Positions 11,169-22,357 of a stretch of DNA of 64,000 bases are shown one piece after another. A program made the translations under genes and the position numbers. Under the pieces are notes generated by a model, which saw only the letters and a list, made by a program, of their open reading frames with translations, ran no database searches and was not told the origin of the DNA. The DNA lies in the NCBI GenBank assembly GCA_016748015.1, contig JAAOMT010000198.1, positions 108,797 to 172,796 on the forward strand. Direction: 5' to 3'. Source of the DNA: Geosiphon pyriformis uo1. Its lineage: Eukaryota > Fungi > Glomeromycota. Position 1 is the stretch's first letter; each line of letters opens with the position of its first letter.

Positions 11169-12180
11169 TGTTATCAGTAGAATTTTAGCTATTAATTAGC
11201 ATGAAATTACTCTTATAATTCCTATAATTCATTAGTATATTAATATCATTTCAAATTATCATTTATTATTTAATCAATTATCACATATCACGATTCAATT
11301 AAAATAATCTAATTAGTATAACAGAAAGTAAGATGATCAAATTACACAATACCCTGAACTTTGTAACATTCAAAAATTCGCCGAAATTTACAGAAATTCG
11401 CCAAAATTTATAAGAAATTCGCCGAAATTTACAGAAATTCGCCGAAATTATGAATAGTTTACCCAAATTAATCAATAGTTCAGCAAAATAACTTGTAGTT
11501 CATCAAAATGTATCTTTAGTTTGCCGGAATTTGGGCAAAGAGAAAAAGTACAAGTTCATAAACTAGTACTACAACAAGTTGTATAAAAGAAGAGCTTTTC
11601 TCTTCTGAAAAATGTATCTTATTTTAGATTTATCACTTAGAACCATTTCTACACACACAAAAAGAAATAAATATCAAATAATTCAAAAAACCAAATTCTT
11701 TAAATTATTGTACTTGAAAAATCCTCAAAACCCAACTAACGTTTTGAAATTGATTAGCTACCAATTTCAGTAAACTGTTAGTGACTTCAGGCCTGGATAG
11801 AAAACGTTTCTCTTGACAAAATTCTATTTCTTTTACATTTCTTTTATTTTTCTTTTCTTTTCTTATTACAATCATTAGGGTAGCCTACAGACAAGATTCC
11901 TGTAGAAGAGTTGACTTTTACAGCAAAGTAACTATACATTTTAGTGAGCTTCCAGACAAGCAATTCCTGGGAAAGAGTTGACGTTTACTACAATATAACT
12001 ACATAAAGTAACTGGCAAGGAATTGGCCATTCCACTTATAAGCCCAGCAGTTCAAATTATAAAAGATAATTTGAAGATAAATTCAGTTATTGGAGGTTCA
12101 ACCACATCCAGAAAACGTGAATTCACAACAAACAGGCATCAACAACATTTAAGAAAAGAGACCAAAAACCTCTGGTAACA
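11169..12180 (+). repeat. Solo LTR of family F inserted near the end of the D 3' LTR
   Basis: TGTTATCAG...CTGGTAACA. Flanks ATAG/ATAA correspond to ACGG in the uninterrupted D LTR. Reverse complement of 54161-55147. Confidence 0.93.
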
Positions 12181-12989
12181 ATAAGTAAACTTGGTGGATA
12201 TGAGAAATGATAATGTTTGGTGCTCTCAATTATAAATGATGCATCTTCTGCGTAATTTTGTTGGCTTAGTCTTGATTATTAGTCTCTGAAGGTTTATTTT
12301 TGGATGTGAATTTACCTGTTGAGTTCTTTGGTTATAAGGCACAGAGTTTGTCTTTTGTCGATTGCAATGTTTTTCGTAAATGTGAGCTTTCTTCTCCAAG
12401 CTAACGAGTGCAGTTGTTAGGGTCTGGCATTGTCTTTTCACCCTTTTGGTAAGCTAACAAGATAATGTTAATATCCAAAACTTAGGAGGAGCTTCCCTCT
12501 TTTACCAGGCTATCATGAAGTCTATTCCCAGACAGTTGATTTTACTATGTTGCCACTCCACAAAAATAAGACAGAAAAAGAGAAAAAAAAAAGATAAATT
12601 AGTATCGTCAATTGCTGTGATCAAGAGCGATTGGTCCAAATTGTTAATAGGTTTGAGGTAGTTATATTAAGAGCATCTGTCTTAGAATGGAGGTACGAGA
12701 CAAGGATTAATTTATGTAAATTCCACAAAGTTTGAGAACATAAATTTGTGATTCTGATTTCTTTTTAATAATTGGTTTATTTCAGGAGATGAAATAAGAA
12801 AGATAATAAAGAATAAAGGAGTATGGATATTTAATTTTTGTCTAGAGGTTTGTATCTATCTGTCTGTTTTTTCTCACTTTTACAACTACTTGCTTTTATA
12901 CATTCTTTTGGTTTTACAGGATTGCTTTCAATTGTCTTGTTATTGCTAGCTATTGCTTTGTTGTTTCTGTTATTGCTTTGTTTTTCTAC

Positions 12990-13180
12990 ATTATCACTAG
13001 TTATCCTATGTTATAACACATTATCTGACATTATTACATGTTATTCTGTGTTATTCTGCATTATAACACATTATCCTATGTTATTGCATGCTATTCTGTA
13101 TTATCCTGTGTTATAACATGTTATTCTACGTTATAATGCGTTATCCAACGTTATTACGCATTATTCTGTGTTATGTTACG
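12990..13180. repeat. 10-bp-period array in the D LTR (RTTATNNYRY)
   Basis: About 19 units. Second copy at ~22111-22300. Confidence 0.85.
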
Positions 13181-13246
13181 TTTTGGTCACGTTTTTTCAT
13201 AACTTTGGATCGGTTTTTCTACTCGGGTAACATTATCCCCCTCTTT

Positions 13247-14058
13247 TTAAAATTGAGCTTTTGCAAAACTATATGTATCTGTTATCATGGCTTCATTCGT
13301 GTAATGTTCGATTGTTGCCTCGAGTATTGCTTTTTGTAGGTCTTTGAACTGTTGATTGGTTATTTGTCCTATGTTGTTAACTGTTATGGTTTTCATAGAT
13401 CCGTTCAGTAGCACGTTTGGGCAATGTTGGAAGGTGGCATATAGTTGGTATGCTGCTTTGTAATATAAGGTCAAGTTGTTTTTCCCTATGAATTTTTCTA
13501 CTTGTTGTATTGCTTCTTTGTTGAACGTTTTCTGGCTGAGGTCTTTATATGGTGTTTTCAAGTCAAGCTGTTCTCCAATTTTGTAGAACCAATAAGCTGG
13601 AGGAAGTTTTTCTTTCCATTCCTGGGCGTTGTCAGGTGTTTACTCTTCTGTTTCAGGAAGTTTGGTCCCATGAGCTAAAGCTTTTTTTATTTCTTCAAGC
13701 TCGAGGACCAAGTATCTTCTTTTGTAACCTTTTTCTTGTTCTTTGTCTCCTTCTTTTCCACTTCTCACCCGAAGGCAATTTTTCCTCCAACATTGCCTTT
13801 TGGGTGGTAGATAGGAGAGGAAACATTTAGTTCTAATTGAATTCTCATCCTCCCCTCTCCTGCTCTTATCTTTGTACCGTATTTTTTTTTTATCAATTGT
13901 TATTTCTATTTGAGATGTCGATTTTTGAATTGTTTTAAATAATTGTTTAGATAATTTTAAAATTTGATCTAAAAGGTTCATGTTGAAATTTCTATTATTT
14001 CTTGCTGCTTTTCGGATGCTATATATATTTGAATTCCCCAATTTAATTTGCTGCCCAT
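13247..14058 (-). pseudogene. Post-integrase ORF3, family D (~265 aa)
   Basis: ORFs 13640-14041 and 13247-13561 are in one frame across a single stop. Candidate ATG at 14058 needs a frameshift. Ends at the PPT. Confidence 0.75.
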
Positions 14059-14061
14059 TGT

Positions 14062-15426
14062 TTATGTTTTGATGACGATGATTGGTTCTAGATCTGGTAT
14101 ATTTTCTGGTTTGATTAATGAAATTTGTGTTCCTAGTTGAGGTACTGATGACGATGATTCCTGTTTTTCATGATAAATTTTTAACTGATTTCCATGTGCT
14201 ACTTTCTTTAAAATCCTGTCTTCTAATCATAATTTGTAAGCTTCATTTCCTAATGCTTTGTGTATGTGAAATGAACTGTCCCACTTTGGGTCAAACTTTT
14301 CACTCCACTGTTTCTCAGCTTTTGTACAATGTAACAGTACTTGGTTTCCAATCTTGAATTTCATTGGTTGTTCTGATAGGTGTTTATTATGTCTTTCTTT
14401 TTGTTGTTTTTGAGCGTGACTAATATTGTCAGCTGCTGTTCTTCAATTGTTTTCCAACGTTTCTATTAGCTGGTACATTCTTTGGTGTAAGATAGCTTCA
14501 AAATTCACTTCATTGATTGTTTCTGTTGGGTATGACAGTATCACTCGTTCAATCAGTAATATAACTTTTCTTCCATAGACTAGTTCAAACAGTGTGAACT
14601 GAGTCATATTTTGTTTCAATGTTCGGTATGCAAAGAGTACAGAAGGTATGAATAAGTCCCATTCTTGTTTGTTTTTATGACTTATTTTTGCTAGTGCTTC
14701 ACACAGTGTTCTGTTAAATTGTTCTACCAGTCCATTTGTTTGTGGGTGGTATGGTAACAATAAGGGTCTCTTTATTCCAAACTGTTAGCTTAGTTCAGTC
14801 AGCGTATTATTAATGAAGTGTGTTCTCCGATCAAATAATAATTCTTTTAGACATCTATGTTGGCAAATTAGGTCATGATGCACAAATTTGGCTACTGTTT
14901 TGGTGTCGGCCACTTGGATTGCTTTGGCTTCTGGCCATTTTGTAAGATAGTCTACGGCTACAGTAATATAGCAATTTCCTTGGGATGTAATTGAAAGAGA
15001 TCCAACCAAGTCAATCCCAATTCTATTAAATAGATTTCCAACTGGAATGGGTCGAAATAGTTCTGTTGATCTTGCTCCTCCTCTTTGCTGACATGCATTA
15101 CAATTGAGCACGTATTCGAAAATGTTTTTGTACATCGTTGGCCAATAGTATAAGTTTAGTGTTCTTTCGAAGGTAGCATCTTTGTTAAAGTGTCCTACAG
15201 TCAGATCTGAGTGCATGCTATATAGTATAGTTTCTCTTTCACTGTTCTTGATTAATTGTTGTGGGTTGGGGTGGTTTTGGCGTTCTCATCGATATAGTTG
15301 GTTGTCTTAAATAAAATAATTTCAGGCTTGTTTTCGTATAGTACTTTGTTTCTGTTGAGATAATATTTCCTTGAAACGTAGTGTTGATAGGTACTAATGT
15401 AGTCATTGATAAGTGAGTGTGTCCAT
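14062..15426 (-). pseudogene. int: Integrase of D, separate ORF
   Basis: ATG at 15426 (MDTLTY), in frame with MHSDLTVGH...CNAC, GIDLVG and NGLVEQFN. Confidence 0.9.
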
Positions 15427-15436
15427 AGGTCTGGGA

Positions 15437-18400
15437 TTAGGTTTGTGGCATTCTCGACAAACTGTCGGCATTGGTGTTCTTGGATTCTTCCTTGTAATAG
15501 ACTTTGAGTGGGAATTGTTGCAAATAAGTACTCCATCTCGCATATTTTTCTTCTAGTTGTGGATTGTTGAGTAACCAAATAAGTCCTTTGTGGTTGGTAT
15601 ATAGGTTAAATGGTTGACTGAAGTAATGTTTCCAAGTCTGTATGGCCCAATAAATGGCGAGACATTCCAGATCTGTTGTGTTGTAATTCTTTTCTGCTGG
15701 GCTAGTGCTGCGACTAGTATAGACAACTGAGTGTTCTCTATTGTCCAGTCTTATCTGTGATAAGACTGCTCCTAAAGCATTTTTCGAGATGTCCATAGTA
15801 ACAATGAACTGTTTAGTAAAATCTGGGTAAATTAGGATTGGGGATGTGATCAATTGCTGCTTGAGATAGTCAAATGCTTTTTGTTGATCTTCCTTCTACA
15901 AGTACGGTACATATTTGGACAACAATTGATGGAGTGGTTTTGCAATGTTCGAGAAATCTTTGACAAATCGATGATAATATCCTGCCAATTCTAGAAATCC
16001 TCGTAATTCTCTGAGGTTGATTGGGACTGGAAAATTCTTGATTTTTTGTACTTTATCTGGATTGGGTTTAACTTTGTCTTTGCCGATTACATGTCCTAGA
16101 AATTTTAACTCGGTTTTTCCAAAGAAGCACTTCTCAGGATTGAGTTTCAATTCAGCACTATGAAAGCATTCGAAGACTTGTTGTAGGTGGAGCAGATGGT
16201 CATTGAATGTTTCGGAGAACACGTTTGTGTTGTCTAGGTAGACTACTACTGATTTTCAAAGGATTCCTTTGTATACTACATCCATCAGGCATTGAAACGT
16301 GGCAGGAGCATTACAAAGTCCAAAAAGCATTACGTTAAACTCGAAGTTTCTGTCTCGAGTGGTAAACACTGTTTTTCTTTTGTCTTTGGGATCCATTTCA
16401 ACTTGCCAATAACCACTTGCTAAATCTAATGACGAGAACCATTTCTTTTTCCTTAGATTGTCCAGAATTTCCTGGATAAGGAGAGTGAGATAATTATCTC
16501 CTCATGTGACACTATTTAGTTTTCGATAATCTATGCAGAATTGCACTTTTCCATTTTTCTTGGTGACCAAGACTACTGGAGAGGACCAAGAGCTTAACAA
16601 TTTTTTGATTAGGCTATTATCAAGCATCTGTTGCACTTCTTGTTTAATTAGGTTATTACCAGATGGGAGTACGCAGTAAGCTCGTTGCTTAATCAGTTAA
16701 GTATCTCCTATATTAATCTGATGCTTCATGATATCAGTGCATCCGAACTCATTTTTGCTGGCAAAGACATCAACATACTAATTCAAAAGAACTTTGAGTT
16801 GCATTTGTTACAGGGTACTTAAATTTCCTAAATTCAATTTATTGATCTCTTCTAATGTAAACAAGTAACTTTCTTTTGGCAAATTCTATACTTGTGAGAT
16901 AATGTCACAGAATAAGAATAATTGTGCAAAATCTGGAATGGACTGGGGTTTTTCAGGATTCTGAATATTTGCGGATATGGAACTGATGAAAGTCCCTTTG
17001 GAGATTTCAATGACATCTTCTGTCAAGTTGTGGATGGGGATTTTGAAGTGTTTATGGGCTTTGGCCGGTAGGTATAGATTAGCAACATCAGCTAGAGAAC
17101 AGATTTTGGGACTGGATTCAAATAACAGGGCTTGATCTTGGATCTTTCAATTCACCTTAAAGATGTATTGTCGGTATGGGGGAATGAAGATGATGGTGTC
17201 GGTGTTGATAAATTCTACCTGGTCACTGTCTTCCTTCATGAAATTAACTGGTATGTTTTCTCTTTTACTTGATCCAAACCCATTGATTTCTCAGGCAGTG
17301 AGGCTTAACTCTTCTTGGGTTGTTACCAGGGTTAATTGGGATATTTTGACTAAGGGTAGGAAGATAGCTTGGGCAATCTTTTCTTGTAATTCTATTTTGT
17401 AGAGTCTGTCCAAATTGTTCTGTAGCATCACGATGATGTTTCCTGTGTAACCGGCATTAATGATTTCTCCTTTTATGTCGATTCCTTTCTTGGCTAGACT
17501 AGATCAAAAGGCAACTTGTACCATTGTACTAACAGGAATTTCTAACACTATCTTAAGATCTATTTTTACGAGGGAATGTAGGGCTATAATAATGGGTGAT
17601 TGTCTGGGATATTATAGGTTGAAACCGGCATTGGTGTCATGCGTTCTTTTGGGACAGATTCTTTTCTCGTTGTCACTGTACCATTTTAGCTCTAGTTTTT
17701 TGGATAGGTTGGAATACGCGAGATACTGTTCTGTTTCGGTATCCTCAGTTGGATCTTGAAATGACATGTCCTCAGTGATTAATACCTCTTCTTCGGGCTC
17801 AGGTAGTTTGGTGATTGGAAACAGTATTCTTGGAGGCGGATTGAACATGAGATCATATTTGTCGCAGTACTAGAAGTAACAGGGGATCAAACAGTAATTG
17901 CATAGTTTGGTATTCAAATCGGCCAACCTTTGCTTCTGTTTTTCACGAATTGGGACCAATTCCTGATATCAGTTTTGAAATGCATCTGGGTTATCTGTGA
18001 AAAAATCATCTTTGGGGTAGTCAGGTCCATTATATTTGGGTGTCCAAGGGTTGTCCTTGATTTCTCGTATTTCTTTGGGCATGGCACCTTCGGCCTTGGC
18101 ACTTGCCATTCTCCAGATTTTATGGTCATTGTGTAGATAACCATCCAGCCTGTTGAGGGCTCATTTCCAAGCGTCCTCGATGGAGGTTCTCTTTTGTACC
18201 CAATCATTGATTAATATAGTGTATTGACAAGTCTTGTCACATGTTCTTTCTTTGCCAAGCACATCATTCCAGAGTTCTTTATCTGACAGGATTTTGCCAC
18301 ATGTGAGGCATAGCATGTTGTCCCACTTGTCTCGTCATTTTGGTCATCCAAATCTTTCCAGTAAACAAGGTCTGCAATAGTATTTGGTGGCGGTGGGCCA

Positions 18401-21226
18401 TTCTTCGTTGTTCCCAATACATGCACCCATAGTAGATAGTTTTTTTCCACAATCGACACATATTAGTCTTGGGGGTTGGTAAAATAAGTTTCTTTGATTC
18501 AAGATTACGTATCCTAGTGATGACGATTGGGGTTCTTCTTTGGCTCTGCTTTTTCTTTTTTCTTCCCAGGTTAGTGGTGGGAGTAGTTCAGTTTGATAAT
18601 CATCCGCCCATGAAACCTGATAGGTTTTGATGGTTGGTAACATTGATGTGTCTTCGAATTCAATAAGGGGTTCCTTGGTACATTGGGTTTTAAAGTGTCT
18701 GCATATAACTGGAACTCAGGCATGCTGTTTGTTGAACATGAATTGAAGTTCTTGGGTGTTCCAGTCGAGAGTAGCATTGGCTTTTAACAACCAATCATTT
18801 TTTACTAGAGCTTGATATTGAGTAGCTTTCATGACGAGTACTTTGATAGGGATTTGGATTCCATTAATCTCAAAAGGGAAGTTGTCAATTTCTCCTATCG
18901 GGGTTTTTGTGTTTCCATCTGCTATAATGATCTGGGCAGTAGCAGCATGGTCTATTCAGCGACCTAGTTGGTCTATGAGCTGCTTTGTAATTATGCTACC
19001 AGCTGATCCACTATCCAGGATTAATTTAATATCTATTTTTTTGACTCTGACATTGGTGTATAGAGCTGTTATTGGTTTATCTTGATTAATGGCTGCTCTA
19101 CTAAAAAGGCTATGGGTGTTCAAATTATCGATGTCAAAAAGAAATATGGTGGCTAGGGTGGTGTCTTCGGTAATAGTGGCTGGTGGAATATTGCTTTTTG
19201 TTTGCTTGGAAGGTTGGGAGATTCGTTCTATATCTTCCCTTTCCACAGATGTAGATTTATCAAAACCCTGGTCTTCCATAAGACTGAGATAGGAAGCTTG
19301 ATTCAAGTATCTAGTTGGTGTTGGTCGAGATTGGACAGGACCACAAGGGATTGGTTGAGACAGTCCACTGTTGGTTTGCACCTGATTGTTGTTGGAATTC
19401 CTCTATCTCTGATTATAATCTATAGCTCAAGGTCTGGACAGGCTGTAAGGGAAAGTTTGATAGTGAGGAATTGCTTGTGTCATTGGTGGTAGTTGATAAT
19501 AATTCTGGAGCAGTGGTTGAGTGTATGGGACTTGTTGTGTATATAGGGGTGGTTGATTCTGAGGTATGGAATATTGGGGTACCATGTTTTGCTGATATCT
19601 GGGTTGCTGGTATGAGTTTCCTTGATTTTGGTTCATAATTTTTTTTCTGCAGTCACGAGCAATGTGTTCAGATTTCTGGCAGTAGTAACAGTTGTGAGGA
19701 TCGGATCTCCAAGATTGTTGCTGTTGCTGATGGTTCTGTTGCTGTAGGTATCTACTGTTGTTGTTATTTTCTTTCCGTTGGGATGGTTGGTAAGTTCCTG
19801 TAGTTCTGGCTAAGAATCCCTCAATTTTCTGAGTTAGTTTTTCACTCAATTGGGTTATCTTTGCATTGATGTCAGAGGTTCCATTAATGGCTAAATTAAC
19901 GGCTTGAGTATGGTTTACTTCTTGTTCTGCAGACTCAAAATTGCTAACAAGAGCGATGGCGTCTTGTAAACTGATCGGATGGTGGAGTTTTATGGATCTT
20001 AGAATACCACTCCGCAATCCTTTAATGAATTGATTAAGAACTTGTGCCGCAGTGTAGTAGTCCCTTTCGATAGCTAATATTTAATGCAGGATTTGATTGA
20101 ATCATCCAAGATAAGTAGTTACTGCTTCATGATTTTTTTGTTTAATTATGCTGAATTGATTCTACAATTGGATTAATGTATTGGGGTCACAGAAGTATTG
20201 CAGAAATGTGAATTTAAACTTGGTAAAGAAGGTAGGCTTCTCTGCGAGGCTCTGGTACCACGAATTGGCAGTTCTGGTCAGAAAAAACGGCAGTGCCTGA
20301 ATTGTGCAGTCATTGTTCTAACCATTAGCGGTAATTGCTTTCTCGGCATCCACGATCTAAGAATATGCATTATCTTCTTCACCAGAGAATTTTTCCAATT
20401 TAGCAATATCCCGGTAAGTCATGATCCGGTTAATGGGTGGGGTGTTACTGGTTATGTTTAAAGGGATTGGTGTCCATGTATTCAAGTGTTCTCCAGGTGC
20501 TAATGTTGGTTGCTTTCCTTTGTTACTTGAACCAATAGGTTGTAAGATAGCTGTTTCTTCTGTCAGGAGAGATGCTGATTCTGCTAGGTTTTGTGCTAGT
20601 GGCTGTTCCCAAGTTAACGGGTTTCCTTCTGTTTGACCAGCTGCTGGGGTAAGATTTCCAAACAGCGATCTGTATTCTTCTAGTGATTTGGTCCAACTGT
20701 GTTGATTCCAAGAGTGTGAATTTCCAGAAGTTTGTAGTGTTTCCGACTGGGTTTCCGGGGGTGGGTTGAATACAATTCTACTCTGGGGTGTCTGATGATA
20801 TGATGGAGTTGTTGGGGAGAGGACCCTTGGTTTCTTGTTGACCGTGGACTTGGCTTGGGCAGTTATGGAGTTGTTGGATTTGTTTTCGTATTCCTTAAGG
20901 TCGGATTCCACTGGTTGTTGTACTTAAGAGAATCATTGTGCCATGTAATATTTAATGTCTGTATCGATTATGCGCAGAGTTTCAGCGATTGCTCGGGTAG
21001 TTGTGGCTGTTGAGTACCCTAGTAAGCTTTGATGGATTTGTTCTTCAAGTCTTCCTGTATCAGTTGCACGGCCTAACAAGCAGTCAATTTTTGCATTGAT
21101 ATAGTTACAAAAATCACTTTCTGTGTAAGTGGTTTCTGCTGGTATTCTTAGGTCTTTTTGAAAGTATTGAAATAGTGCTTTTCCGTACAAGGAGTGGTCC
21201 TTTCTTATTGTTCCAATAGTCACCAC
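15437..21226 (-). pseudogene. gag-pol: gag-PR-Cys-rich-dUTPase-RT-RNaseH of D, many stops
   Basis: LEKFSGEED, CYYCQKSEHIARDC, ILDSGSAGS, CVDC/CRPC, dUTPase NAGFNL, RT FLGHVI, RNase H NADSLSR. Confidence 0.92.
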
Positions 21227-21276
21227 TTTTATGTATTTTTGGGGGTGCTCTGTCTCTGTGGATTTATAACTTTACA

Positions 21277-21286
21277 GAGAGCACCA
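21277..21286 (-). promoter_or_regulatory. Primer-binding site TGGTGCTCTC
   Basis: 2 nt from the LTR, begins TGG (complement of tRNA CCA). Identical in F at 63080-63089. The tRNA was not identified. Confidence 0.8.
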
Positions 21287-21288
21287 AA

Positions 21289-22353
21289 TGTTACGGGTAA
21301 ACTTGGTGGGTATGGGAAATGGTAACGTTTGGTGCTCTTAATTATGAATGATGCGTCTTCCGCGTAATTCTGTTGGCTTAGTCTTAATTATCAGTCTCTG
21401 AAAGTTTATTTCTGGATGTAAATTTACCTGTTAAGTTCTTTGGTTATAAGGCACAGAGTTTGTCTTTCATTAATTGCAATGTTTTTCGTAAATGTGAGCT
21501 TTCTTCTCCGAGCTAATGAGTGCAGTTATTAGGGTCTGGCATTGTCTTTTCGCCCTTCTGGTAAGCTAACAAGATAATGTTAATATCCAAAACTTAGGAG
21601 GAGCTTCCCTCTTTTACCAGACTATCATGAAGTCTATTCCTAGACAGTCGATTTTACTATGTTGCCACTCCACAAAAATAAGACAAAAAAAGAAAAAAAA
21701 GAGAAAAAAAAAAGATAAATTAGTATCGTCAATTGCCATGATCAAGAGCAATTAGTTCAAATCATTAATAGGTTTGAGGCGGTTATGCTAAGAGCATCTG
21801 TCTTAGAATGGAGGTACAAGACAAGGATTAATTCATGTAAATTCTACGAAGTTTGAGAACATAAATTCGTGATTCTGATTTCTTTTTAATAATTGGTTTA
21901 TTTCAGGAGATGAAATAGGAAAAATAATAAAGGATAAAGGGATATGGATATTTAATTCTTGTCTAGAGATTCATATCTATCTGTCTGTCTTTTTTCACTT
22001 TTACAACTACTTGCTTTTATACATTTTTTTGGTTTTACAGGATTGCTTTCAATTGTCTTGCTATCGTTAGCTATTGCTTTGTTGTTTCTGTTATTGCTTT
22101 GTTTTTCTACATTATTGCTAGTTATCCTATGTTATAACATGTTATTTGACATTATTACATGTTATTCTGTGTTATCCTGTGTTATAACATATTATCCTAC
22201 ATTATTGTGCACTATTCTGTGTTATCCTACATTATAACATGTTATTCTACATTATAATGCATTATCCAACATTATTGCGCATTATTCTGTGTTTTGTCAC
22301 GTTTTGGTCATGTTTTTTCATAACTTTGGATTGGTTTTTCTACTTGGGTAACA
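21289..22353 (-). repeat. 5' LTR of D
   Basis: TGTTA...TAACA, direct repeat of 12181-13232, adjacent to the PBS. Confidence 0.95.
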
Positions 22354-22357
22354 ATGT

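Larger units (their letters stand above)
11161..22353 (-). mobile_element. Complete Ty3/Gypsy element, family D
   Basis: TSD ATGT at 11157-11160 and 22354-22357. LTRs at 11161-13232 (interrupted) and 21289-22353. PBS TGGTGCTCTC. PPT at 13236-13248. Confidence 0.95.

Noticed and set aside
12838-13116. Hydrophobic membrane-like ORF (also 21959-22237) as a candidate env
   Set aside because: It is the antisense translation of T-rich LTR sequence and the 10-bp array, with a TTG start and no other coding support.
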